In this document: piece after piece, positions 1 through 8,472 of the stretch
Position numbering within the stretch: position 1 is the stretch's first letter
Layout of the letters: each line of letters opens with the position of its first letter
Notes under the pieces: generated by a model
Seen by the model: the letters and a program-made list of their open reading frames with translations, nothing else
Databases searched by the model: none
What the model was told of the DNA's origin: nothing
Virus record (IMG/VR): IMGVR_UViG_2740892488_000014
Direction: 5' to 3' (one strand)
Source: a virus
Taxonomy: Duplodnaviria; Heunggongvirae; Uroviricota; Caudoviricetes
Length of the DNA stretch: 30,859 bases
Made by a program: the position numbers and the translations under genes

Positions 1-513
<513 letters not shown>

Positions 514-1784
514 CTCGGTGGCCAGTTTTTGTTGACCACTTCAATCACAGCCTGTAAGGGCAATGGCGAGTAAGAGTACTGAGTATTTTAATCTCATGAA
601 TTCCCTTTAGAGTAAGGATTGGTTTTTAAGACGCGGTCTGTAATCAGTCCCGAGAGCTACAGTAAACAACGCTGAGCACTGAACGCATCACAGGTAAGGT
701 AAAAGGTGATATCGGCAAAGGCTGTGAAACCTTTAATTCAACAGATGGGAACGGTATGCGCAGGATCCTGTAACGACGCTCCCAAAACCGGAAACCTGTA
801 AGGCATGTTTTCGCTGCTGAACTTAATATACGAACCTGCACTATCATGAACATATTTTATATCGTTATACCCCGAGTGATTGTGCCCGGCAATGGATAGT
901 GTCCTGGAGGAACTATTTCTACTGTAAAAGGTAGATATTTAATTTCAGTTTTGAATTATTCCCTGCTGTTAATAACAATGGCTGTATATGGCACCGAGTA
1001 GGCATTTTTTCGCTTACTGAAGGGCAGCTGTGAGCGAGGAACAGACTTTCCCTACTTCGTTGAGAGTACACCTAGTACAATCAAGGCTAAATGATAAAAA
1101 TATACAAAATATCATATTTATGATATATATAATGGCATTAATCTTATTCTTGGATTACGTTGAAAGGGTAATATTATATTTGTGTAACATAGTTTAGATA
1201 ACAATGCCGTTATGGGGGGGGAAAGACATTTCAACATATTAGCTTTGTATCTAACGCTCATGTAGATCTCGATTTTGAACTTAAAGAACAATTATTTTTT
1301 AGAGAGCAAGGTATTTTTGGGGAACAAAAACATAAAGTAATGGAGAGAGGAGAATGTATCAAAAAATCATCGATTTAATTTAGATTGTCCGTATAGTTGG
1401 GGGTAAGTCGAATCGCTGGGCTACATGGAATATTGTGTCAAGTAAAAATATATTTCAATCTTGCAATAACCGATTGTTGAAAATAATGTCAAATCTTAAT
1501 GGTGAATGGGGAGAATATAATAAACATGAGTCGATATTATGCAAATGGATTTAAATATTTTATACCCGAAGACATAGGGTTTCGAGAGTTCGATGAGACT
1601 ACTTTGAATGCTTTCGAATTTGCTGGCTAAAACATATAGGTTATATCTTACATCTGTTTGTAATGGAGCGTAGATGCGACAAGCTACACCATAATAATCA
1701 TATTATGATATATTGTTAAGTTGTTATGGCATTAAATAAAATTATGTCATTTTGTTAACCAAGCAAGAATCAAAGGACTTTTAG

Positions 1785-2099
1785 ATGGGTACGGCATTAA
1801 TTTCAAGCTTTATTAGTGGTGCAATAGCTATAATCTCTATTGCTATATCTACTTATAATCAGAATAGAATAAACAAGCTCAATGAATCACTGGATGTAAG
1901 GAGAAAACATCAGTACTATATTGAACCGTTAATTCGCTCAGCTTCAGACTTACAAAGCCGTATTTATAATATATTAGAATTGGGGTTCATTGAAGAGTTT
2001 TATCATAATGGGAATAAGCGCCAACAAGATTATGTTATCAACAATACTGTTTTTTCTTTTTTTCCCAGTTTTTTGCATGGACAGAAGCTGCCCGCATAG
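1785..2099 (+). CDS. hypothetical small protein with N-terminal hydrophobic helix (AT-rich islet)
   Basis: 104-aa ORF with AAGGA Shine-Dalgarno about 8 nt upstream of the ATG; N-terminus ISSFISGAIAIISIAIS is a predicted transmembrane segment; no recognisable family. Confidence 0.3.
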   Translation: MGTALISSFISGAIAIISIAISTYNQNRINKLNESLDVRRKHQYYIEPLIRSASDLQSRIYNILELGFIEEFYHNGNKRQQDYVINNTVFSFFPSFLHGQKLPA

Positions 2100-2136
2100 A
2101 CATTCAATACCTTAGCCTAGAAAAAAAATAAAAAAA

Positions 2137-2352
2137 ATGAGGGAGTTTATTAGATTACAGAACAATATTAACTCATTAATCCAAACAGACGTCTTTGGTC
2201 AGTATTTTATGTTTTTCATAGGAGAGCAGAGAGCTATTGCAGAAAAGATGCTGATATCAACAGATACTGGATTTGATTGCATAGGTTACGGCAGTTTCAC
2301 AAAGGAAAATTGCTTTATCAATGAGCCATTTTTTTTTAGATTTAAACAATGA
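2137..2352 (+). CDS. hypothetical small protein (AT-rich islet)
   Basis: 71-aa ORF co-directional with 1785-2099, followed by a 41-codon ORF (2364-2486) and then the hairpin at 2673-2706; the ATG sits in an A-run with no clear RBS. Confidence 0.2.
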   Translation: MREFIRLQNNINSLIQTDVFGQYFMFFIGEQRAIAEKMLISTDTGFDCIGYGSFTKENCFINEPFFFRFKQ

Positions 2353-2672
2353 AGTGATAAATATGACAAGAGATATCGGAATTTATAAAGAAAGGCTAAT
2401 CAGAATACAGCACGCGTTAATCGATTTAATTAATTTTCTTGATCCTGGCATGATTCGATTTGACGGAAAAAAATATGGAAAAATATAACCCAGATGATTC
2501 GTATCAAGGTAAGTTGCTATATGTATCAATTTAATTATGGTTGGGTGAAATTTATGTTAATAGTAGCGGAGGGTTAGTTAAAATATGCTCTCAGTGATTT
2601 TTGGATAGTTCTTTTATTTATCATTGAAAGTAAATATGTATAGCTTCAAGATTTACAAGTGAATCTGTTTAT

Positions 2673-2706
2673 TGACAGTCCGCTTATGGCACAGAGCGGA
2701 CTGTCA
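2673..2706 (+). terminator. intrinsic-terminator-like hairpin closing the plus-strand small-ORF cluster
   Basis: Perfect 11-bp inverted repeat TGACAGTCCGC / GCGGACTGTCA with a 12-nt loop, followed by TATTAAATTT. Confidence 0.4.
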
Positions 2707-2904
2707 TATTAAATTTGGCTCCACGCCATAGATGTGTCAGCTCATATCTTATCTAATACACACAATAACTTTCTCATTCTTGGAGAATTATTTTTTTAAG
2801 GGTAGGTGTTGACGTTAGAGCAAAAGAATGGTGATTTTTTTGATGTGTATTACGTTGGAACTGATGGGAATAACTATCTGTTTTCAACGCACTGCTAATT
2901 TATC

Positions 2905-2926
2905 AAGGCCCTTTGATCAGGGCCTT
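2905..2926 (-). terminator. terminator-like hairpin downstream of the minus-strand ImmA/membrane-protein operon
   Basis: 8-bp stem AAGGCCCT / AGGGCCTT with a 6-nt loop, 25 nt beyond the stop of the 2951-3557 gene. Confidence 0.35.
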
Positions 2927-2950
2927 CGAAAGACTGTTGGACCGAGAGAG

Positions 2951-3557
2951 TTACTTGCGTTTAAAAAGGTATTTTGTCACGACCAGCACGAGGCCGAATA
3001 CCTCTGTCAAAGTACCGCCCATGTACAACTGTAGTGTTAAATCCTCAAATTCCAGCTTACCTGCGCCGTCGGCAATAAATACACCATTCATTATCAGAAG
3101 TTGGAAAGCAAGGATAATCAGGAACCATTTCCCGTATCGTTTTTTTAGAGCGATTTCTGCTTCAAAATCTTTGTTGTTGAGTTGTTTGCGCTCATGCTCG
3201 GTATCAAGTGAATTCACCTGTTTCACAGATGTGAACTCGGTCAAGATTTTACTCTCAGTACGGGTGACTTGTTGAGAGGGTGTAGCAGTTGGAATTCTTT
3301 TGCTAGACGCAGCTACAGCCATTTTGCGAGCTTCGGCAGCTCTTTTTCTGGCTATTCCGCGAATACGGACAGCCGTTTTTTTTGGGGGCGTGCGAAACCT
3401 TTGGCTGAGGTGAAGCTTCGTCAGGAGACTGAACCGGAGTTTCATCGTCCTCCGGCTCAACCTCTTCTGCTAACTGACGGTGTAGGTTGAGGGAATCCTT
3501 CAGTCTGCGTGCTACTTCCTGTTTGAAACGGCTGTTAAAATCGTCATCCGATGGCAT
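2951..3557 (-). CDS. hypothetical membrane protein (acidic N-terminal region, two C-terminal TM helices); frame change at a homopolymer
   Basis: Two overlapping minus-strand ORFs (3303-3557 and 2951-3460) switch frame at the T8 run 3376-3383; the upstream part of one and the downstream part of the other read as protein, the remainders as junk. C-terminal hydrophobic stretches WFLIILAFQLLIMNGVFIA and LTEVFGLVLVVTKYLF. Starts 9 nt after the ImmA stop. Confidence 0.4.
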
Positions 3558-3566
3558 TTTAAAGCG

Positions 3567-4056
3567 TTACCCCAACCTCAAGTTCTTTAAACGATAAGTC
3601 ATCGCATCGTCAGATACGCCAAAATAATGCGCCATTATATAACTTGGTTGACCGTCAGCGTGCAGTTTTCTGACCTCATCTACCGGCATCAGAAGTTCTG
3701 CTGCGAACTTGTTTGCAAAAATTTCATCAGGATGCGTTCCGGCGCTTGCGGTTTCGCCACGTAAATCAACGTACTCATATTCATCGCTATGCGATGCTTG
3801 CCGGGCGATGTAATGCCCCAACTCATGCCCACATGAAAAAACGTTGACGAACTTTGTTGTCATCACTGTTTAGAAAGATCGCTGGATCTTGATCTTTTTG
3901 TTTAATCAGTGCGCCAGAAACTTTCCCAGGAAGATCGGTAATAAAAACATCTAATCCCATGTCGTGAGCAATTTTCGCTGGATCAACAGGGAAACCACGC
4001 CCGCACCAGAACGTGTCCAGCACTCGCCGGGCGTGCTCTCTTGGGTTGGTAGCCAT
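3567..4056 (-). CDS. ImmA/IrrE-family (COG2856-like) HExxH metallopeptidase; frame change at a homopolymer
   Basis: HELGH zinc-binding motif followed by …EIFANKFAAELLMP…, typical of ImmA/IrrE peptidases. Two ORFs (3823-4056 and 3567-3866) join across the A6 run 3836-3841; removing one base gives a continuous ~163-aa protein. GGAGGAG Shine-Dalgarno upstream of the 4056 start. Confidence 0.6.
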
Positions 4057-4130
4057 AGCTCCTCCAGTTACTGCATTACGATTATTGGTTGAAATATAGA
4101 CAGCATGTTCCGTACCACATTCCTGTAAAA

Positions 4131-4145
4131 GTGCAAATTCTGCAC
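4131..4145. promoter_or_regulatory. palindromic operator-like site GTGCAAATTCTGCAC upstream of the ImmA-like gene
   Basis: 5-bp inverted arms GTGCA/TGCAC around a 5-bp spacer, about 75-90 bp upstream of the ImmA start; 12 of 15 positions identical to the site at 4897-4911. Confidence 0.35.
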
Positions 4146-4432
4146 TTCTGGTACGATATTAACTGTTAGTAGTAAAGTCTTCCAGATAAATCACTTTAAA
4201 ATCTTGTGAATTGCTTGCTTTTTACGCTGTATTGTGGATGGTTCAATGTTTCCAGTAAAAACATACATGATAATCATGAGTTTAGTGTTTTTTTAGGCGT
4301 CTATATGTTTCTGGAAAATACAGGTCTAACCTGATCTTATCGTTGAGATTTTTTGTACTCAGTATGCGTGAACGATTCGACCAGGTGACTGTGTACGTGA
4401 AGAAGACCGCCCTTAATATTTTAAATGTGCAA

Positions 4433-4448
4433 CCCCTCAGAAGAGGGG
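4433..4448 (-). terminator. terminator-like hairpin after the small HTH-like ORF
   Basis: CCCCTC-agaa-GAGGGG stem-loop directly downstream of the stop at 4455, then a T-rich stretch on the minus strand. Confidence 0.4.
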
Positions 4449-4454
4449 CTACTC

Positions 4455-4688
4455 TCACTTCTGCAGTATCTCGCCAATACCTGCCAGATTCTCGTCCATC
4501 TTGTCACCGTTTTCGATAAGGATGGAGTTGAGCCGATTCAGTTGCATAGCAATTTCAAGTTTGATTAAGGTATCCACCGATACACCAGTTTCTTTTGCTA
4601 ACTTAGTAAGAGCCGCAGCTCGATTGGCTAAATTAAAATCATCGAACTCATAACGACTTCTGCACGGCTGGTTGCCTAACGTACCCAT
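4455..4688 (-). CDS. small putative DNA-binding protein (helix-turn-helix-like)
   Basis: 77-aa ORF; segment AAALTKLAKETGVSVDTLIKLE looks like a helix-turn-helix; own terminator; divergent from the 4933 gene. Confidence 0.35.
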   Translation of the reverse strand: MGTLGNQPCRSRYEFDDFNLANRAAALTKLAKETGVSVDTLIKLEIAMQLNRLNSILIENGDKMDENLAGIGEILQK

Positions 4689-4896
4689 AGTGATTCCTCA
4701 TGATATAAAGACCCAACAATATAAATTACCAGGCACATCATAAGATAGGGTTCCAGCCCATATTTTCAAATATTTGCAAGTATCACCGTTCAGTCTAAAA
4801 AGTTGGATGATGATTTAACGAGCCATAACAAAACCCTGCCTCGGAGGTTTTTTTCTTTTTTATAGAACTCAGCGGCGTGAAAACGAATAATAAATT

Positions 4897-4911
4897 GTGC
4901 AAATAGTGCAG
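4897..4911. promoter_or_regulatory. second copy of the operator-like motif (GTGCAAATAGTGCAG) upstream of the 4933 gene
   Basis: Shares GTGCAAAT plus TGCA at the same spacing with 4131-4145; lies 22-36 bp upstream of the ATG at 4933. Confidence 0.35.
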
Positions 4912-4932
4912 TTTTTATTATTCGAGGTAATT

Positions 4933-5574
4933 ATGAAAACCTTCTATGAGGACTGGCCTGAAACTTTCGTTAGCCGGTTAGATATGTTACGGGCGTTGGA
5001 TGATCGCGGTTCGACCCGGAGGCTCTATCTTGAACGGACCGGGGCAATATTTGACGCTCTGGCAGAAGAGATACGTACAGTCGTTGCCGGGCATCCTGAA
5101 ATCGACGTGAGTGAACTTGATATCGGGCCGCTGTATCGCTATTACAAACGTGGAGAAAAGGGGAATCCGCTGGCTGACTTACTTATTGAGTTGGCTCCAC
5201 CAACTTGTGAACGGGTTCGTATATCTCCTGAAGTGTACATAATCCCGTATCTGTTTTTTGCACTGTTGATAGCGCAAGGCGCTGACAACGATGCCCGCGA
5301 TTTTTTCAATATGATGATGCGACCGTTAATCATCGCCTACCGTTTCAAACAACTGGCGCGATACCTGGGAACAAAGGGCGGAGGACGACCACAGCACAGA
5401 TTAAAAAGCGAAGCCATTGAACTGGCTGATCGTTTTTTTACTGAAAACCCGACAGCGCCATTATCGCGTGGCGTGCAATACATATCCGGTATTTTTGTGG
5501 CGAAATACTCTGACCCACCTGCAGCGTCGACGATTAGAAAATGGTTAATTCCAATTTACAGGAGTGATAAATAA
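4933..5574 (+). CDS. hypothetical protein, no family recognised
   Basis: ATG at 4933 with GAGGT Shine-Dalgarno 4 nt upstream (preferred over the GTG at 4897); 213 codons; typical enterobacterial composition; terminator-like hairpin follows. Confidence 0.5.
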   Translation: MKTFYEDWPETFVSRLDMLRALDDRGSTRRLYLERTGAIFDALAEEIRTVVAGHPEIDVSELDIGPLYRYYKRGEKGNPLADLLIELAPPTCERVRISPEVYIIPYLFFALLIAQGADNDARDFFNMMMRPLIIAYRFKQLARYLGTKGGGRPQHRLKSEAIELADRFFTENPTAPLSRGVQYISGIFVAKYSDPPAASTIRKWLIPIYRSDK

Positions 5575-5581
5575 TGACCAT

Positions 5582-5610
5582 AAACGGTTTAATCCCCTAT
5601 AAAACCGTTT
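5582..5610 (+). terminator. terminator-like hairpin after the 4933-5574 gene
   Basis: 9-bp stem AAACGGTTT / AAACCGTTT with an 11-nt loop, followed by AATAAAATT. Confidence 0.3.
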
Positions 5611-5691
5611 AATAAAATTCACGACGTGAATATAATTGTTCATTATTCCCTCATTGTATTTGGCGTTATGACAAATGCCATAAAATACTGT

Positions 5692-5699
5692 ATAAATAT
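5692..5699. repeat. left copy of the 8-bp target-site duplication ATAAATAT
   Basis: Identical 8-mer directly abuts both termini of the element (5692-5699 and 7585-7592). Confidence 0.75.
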
Positions 5700-5727
5700 G
5701 GGTCTTCCCCGATCATGGTGGGAAGAC

Positions 5728-6948
5728 TCAGTACGCCATATTCAGTTTCCCATAGTGGAACATAACTCCCAGTTTAAAGCGTTCCCGGTTTCGGTATCCC
5801 CTGGCCTTTATCCTCAGCAGTCTGATCTTGCTGTTCAGCGCCTCCGCATTTCCATTCGAGACGCGATGACGCATTGCATTCAGTATTCCGTATAACCGTT
5901 TTTTAATGGTTTTCGCTGCGTTTTTCATCATCGGCACATCACATTCAGACGCCAGCGATATCCACTGCAACCAGTCATTCCTGCGTTCTGTGCTCCAGGG
6001 GCGATCCCAGATATTTTTTGCCAGCTCTTTCAGTGTCCAGCACTGGCTTGTCTGTTGCATCTGTTCCCGCAACCACATCAGCTTTTCCTGCCGGGACTCA
6101 GTCATCCATTTGTCGCTGTACTGCCACAGGAAGCGGGTACCTTTGGCCTGACGACGACTTTCAACAGGGAGGTGCGGATGTTCATTCTGGCGGGTTTTAT
6201 CAACCACTTCGCCCAGTTGCTTCGCCACATGGAAGCGATCGAAGGCGATTTTCTCGACCGCATTGGGTAAATGGATACGCGCTGCTCTTATATAGCCCGC
6301 ATTCATGTCCATCGACAGTGTTTTGATGGCCAACAACTGACTGTCAGTAAGCGAACGGAGATAGCTGGCAAGACTCTCTGTGCCACGATCATCGGTTAAT
6401 GCCAGTGCCCGCCCGTCGCGATCAGATACCACGGTTATATACCTATGCCCTTTTTTAAAGGCGACTTCGTCTACATTCATATGACGCACTGATAAAGGCT
6501 TTTTAATCCGCGACAGGCCTCGCTTAACCGCGCGGGTCATGATGCCGTCAACGGCATTCCAGCTAAGTTTAAGTTGTTTTCTGACCGCATCAACGGTGCT
6601 GATTTTAAGCCATGAGAGCACGAACGATTCGAACAGCAGAGTGTACCGACTGCCGGAACCTGCCCACGGTACAGGCAGAGTCTGGCAGCCATGCTCCGGG
6701 CACATAACGCGGGGAACATCGGCTTCTACTAATGTCATGAACTGGCAGGTATCAAGGTGGCGCCATTTACGATGTCGGTGATCGTGAACAGAACAGGATT
6801 TCCTGCAGGTCGGACAGGTTAACTGAGTATTTTCAGCAATTCCGACTGTAACAGTAACGGAACCTGCATTTTCATCGAGGGTAAGGGATTTAACCTGCCA
6901 TGGTGCAGTCAGGTTAAGGATATGGGCATAGAGGGATTTTTCGTCCAT
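5728..6948 (-). CDS. ISL3-family transposase
   Basis: 406-aa ORF with an N-terminal Cys/His cluster (CPTC…C…H) and central/C-terminal region (…VDEVAFKKGHRYITVVSD…FDRFHVAKQL…) matching ISL3 transposase architecture. Confidence 0.85.
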   Translation of the reverse strand: MDEKSLYAHILNLTAPWQVKSLTLDENAGSVTVTVGIAENTQLTCPTCRKSCSVHDHRHRKWRHLDTCQFMTLVEADVPRVMCPEHGCQTLPVPWAGSGSRYTLLFESFVLSWLKISTVDAVRKQLKLSWNAVDGIMTRAVKRGLSRIKKPLSVRHMNVDEVAFKKGHRYITVVSDRDGRALALTDDRGTESLASYLRSLTDSQLLAIKTLSMDMNAGYIRAARIHLPNAVEKIAFDRFHVAKQLGEVVDKTRQNEHPHLPVESRRQAKGTRFLWQYSDKWMTESRQEKLMWLREQMQQTSQCWTLKELAKNIWDRPWSTERRNDWLQWISLASECDVPMMKNAAKTIKKRLYGILNAMRHRVSNGNAEALNSKIRLLRIKARGYRNRERFKLGVMFHYGKLNMAY

Positions 6949-6966
6949 ATAATTTCATTCTGAAGC

Positions 6967-7485
6967 TTACTTTAAACTGATATTATTATTTTTTGCCCAC
7001 TTTCTTAATCTTCCATTAGCGTTGGCGTAAGGCGAAGATGTGTTAAATGAGATCATTCTCCCCATCGTCCATTTTGTGTACCATGGTCTTCCATACAAAA
7101 TATCATCGGTACGATCATTAATAAGGTTCACAATCTCATTTTTTACAGTCTGAAGTTCAGCTACTAACAACTCATAACTTAACTCACTGTAATCTGAGTA
7201 AAATTTTTGAGCAAGAAGGCCAAGCTGATTCCATTTATAGCCAGTTTCCGGAAAATCGACAGGCAGACCTTTAGCATCAGAAGCGATCCACTTTACAACA
7301 AGAGCATTCCATCCAAGCAGATACGAAACGAGATCACGAACACTCATCTCCGTTCCTTTGGCGTGTCCGTCCATTGATTTATCTGAAGTAATTTCTGGTG
7401 GGATTGTGTTGAGGTAACTAATTAATTTACTAAAATTTTTATCAATAGCTAAAAGCAGTTCAGCTTTTGTTTGCGGCACACTCAT
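6967..7485 (-). CDS. ClbS/DfsB-like (DUF1706) four-helix-bundle protein, passenger inside the ISL3 element
   Basis: 172-aa ORF; motifs GHAKGT, LVSYLLGW, FPETGYKWN, LAQKFY, YGRPWYTKWTMGRMI and FNTSSPY match my recollection of this family; lies between the transposase gene and the right inverted repeat. Confidence 0.5.
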   Translation of the reverse strand: MSVPQTKAELLLAIDKNFSKLISYLNTIPPEITSDKSMDGHAKGTEMSVRDLVSYLLGWNALVVKWIASDAKGLPVDFPETGYKWNQLGLLAQKFYSDYSELSYELLVAELQTVKNEIVNLINDRTDDILYGRPWYTKWTMGRMISFNTSSPYANANGRLRKWAKNNNISLK

Positions 7486-7584
7486 AAGAATTCCCTCTCA
7501 TGTAAAAAGAGACACCATAAAGGTACTGTGTGGTGTTTGAAAATCGCTCAATTATGTACCACCCACCACAACAGGGGAAGACCC

Positions 7585-7592
7585 ATAAATAT
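7585..7592. repeat. right copy of the 8-bp target-site duplication ATAAATAT
   Basis: Identical to 5692-5699, directly outside the right inverted repeat. Confidence 0.75.
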
Positions 7593-7596
7593 ACAG
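7585..7596. promoter_or_regulatory. right half of a LexA (SOS) box split by the ISL3 insertion
   Basis: Removing the element and one duplication copy restores tACTGTATAAATATACAGgt, i.e. CTGT-N8-ACAG, about 25 bp upstream of the ATG at 7619; the left half is 5688-5699. Confidence 0.55.
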
Positions 7597-7618
7597 GTTG
7601 TGGCATTGGGGGGAAGAC

Positions 7619-7798
7619 ATGAATATTCAAGAATCTATAGGCGAACTACCGGAAACATGCCGGGCTGTTATCAAGCGTAAGGACGGACACATCGTTGGTG
7701 TGCGTGTTCTGACCGATGATGAGCGGATTGCCAGCCTGATGGCGTTTCTCGAGTTGGCAGAAATAGCTGGATATACTATTACACCCCCTGACGCGTAA
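7619..7798 (+). CDS. small hypothetical phage protein, first gene downstream of the disrupted SOS box
   Basis: 59 codons from ATG 7619, preceded by GGGGGGAAGA Shine-Dalgarno; the ORF track begins at an upstream TTG (7598). Confidence 0.4.
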   Translation: MNIQESIGELPETCRAVIKRKDGHIVGVRVLTDDERIASLMAFLELAEIAGYTITPPDA

Positions 7799-7875
7799 AA
7801 CACGGTATAATATCGGTGCTGGATTGAACACCCGGCATCATTTTCTGAACACTGCCGCGCCACCTGGAGTTAACC

Positions 7876-8472
7876 ATGGCGCAGCATTCATTTATCAGGG
7901 TATCCGGCGGTTCGCTAATACCCGCGACACCAGACACGCAACGCTGGTTGACTGAACGAGTCAAACCAGGTGCTGTTGTGTATGCAGATTTCAAACAGGC
8001 GCGTAATCCCGCGTTTCATCGTAAATTTTTCTCACTTCTCAACCTGGGCTTTGATTACTGGCATCCGTCCGGAGGGGCTATTTCTCCTGCGGAGCGCGAA
8101 CTGGTTCACGGCTACGTTAAGTTACTGGCGTATTACGGTGGACACGGTGATGTCATGGCAGAGCTGGCTGATCAGTATCTTCTCGATGAGTCGGAAAAGC
8201 GCGCGGGGAGTATCAGTGCGGTGAAGTCGTTCGAGGCGTTTCGCGCATGGGCGATTATGGAAGCTGGGTTTTATGACGTTCATCAGATGCCAGACGGCAG
8301 TTTGATGCGCGTACCTCGTTCAATCTCGTTTGCAGCGATGGACGATCTTGAGTTCGGTCAACTGTATTCAGCCGTTTTAGATGTGCTGTGGAATTATATT
8401 TTGTTCCGCACATTTGCCTCTCAGGAGGCCGCTGAAAATGCCGCCGCGCAGCTGCTGGATTACACATCATGA
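7876..8472 (+). CDS. lambdoid nin-region protein, YbcN/DUF1367-like
   Basis: 198-aa ORF with GGAG Shine-Dalgarno; stop overlaps the next start (ATGA); position and sequence recall prophage YbcN-type proteins. Confidence 0.55.
   Translation: MAQHSFIRVSGGSLIPATPDTQRWLTERVKPGAVVYADFKQARNPAFHRKFFSLLNLGFDYWHPSGGAISPAERELVHGYVKLLAYYGGHGDVMAELADQYLLDESEKRAGSISAVKSFEAFRAWAIMEAGFYDVHQMPDGSLMRVPRSISFAAMDDLEFGQLYSAVLDVLWNYILFRTFASQEAAENAAAQLLDYTS

Larger units (their letters stand above)
5700..7584 (-). mobile_element. ISL3-family insertion sequence (1885 bp) with a passenger ORF
   Basis: Imperfect terminal inverted repeats: 5700-5710 GGGTCTTCCCC and 7574-7584 GGGGAAGACCC (reverse complement), extending inward with a shared TGGTGGG; perfect 8-bp direct repeats flank it; encodes an ISL3-type transposase and a second ORF. 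Confidence 0.8.

Noticed and set aside
644-853. 69-aa minus-strand ORF in the IS-proximal spacer
   Set aside because: Low-complexity translation, no RBS and no resemblance to any protein family; most likely a chance ORF.
1785-2486. Possibility that the three small AT-rich ORFs are one gene broken by homopolymer errors at the A8-T-A8 tract (2121-2137)
   Set aside because: All three frames have stop codons between 2097 and 2131, so a single-base correction cannot join the first two ORFs; the ORFs are kept separate, though multi-error fragmentation is not excluded.
2828-3275. Plus-strand ORFs 2828-3034 and 2913-3275
   Set aside because: They run antisense to the better-supported minus-strand membrane-protein gene and across its terminator hairpin; translations are Cys/Ser-rich and not protein-like.
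4836-4862. Possible orphan terminator (T7-C-T6 tract) upstream of the 4933 gene
   Set aside because: No convincing G+C-rich stem precedes the T-tract (only CCTC/GAGG with a 1-nt loop); treated as an AT-rich promoter-region feature.
5672-7612. Apparent extension of the IS inverted repeats outward (CTGTATAAATAT / ATAAATATACAG)
   Set aside because: The outward symmetry is the palindromic target itself, a LexA-box-like site, plus the direct 8-bp duplication; the true element ends are at 5700 and 7584.
5700-7618. Clustered GGGAAGAC / GTCTTCCC motifs (5700-5710, 5721-5728, 7574-7584, 7608-7618) as a possible new repeat family
   Set aside because: Explained by the ISL3 terminal inverted repeats, a hairpin at the transposase stop and the purine-rich Shine-Dalgarno of the 7619 gene.
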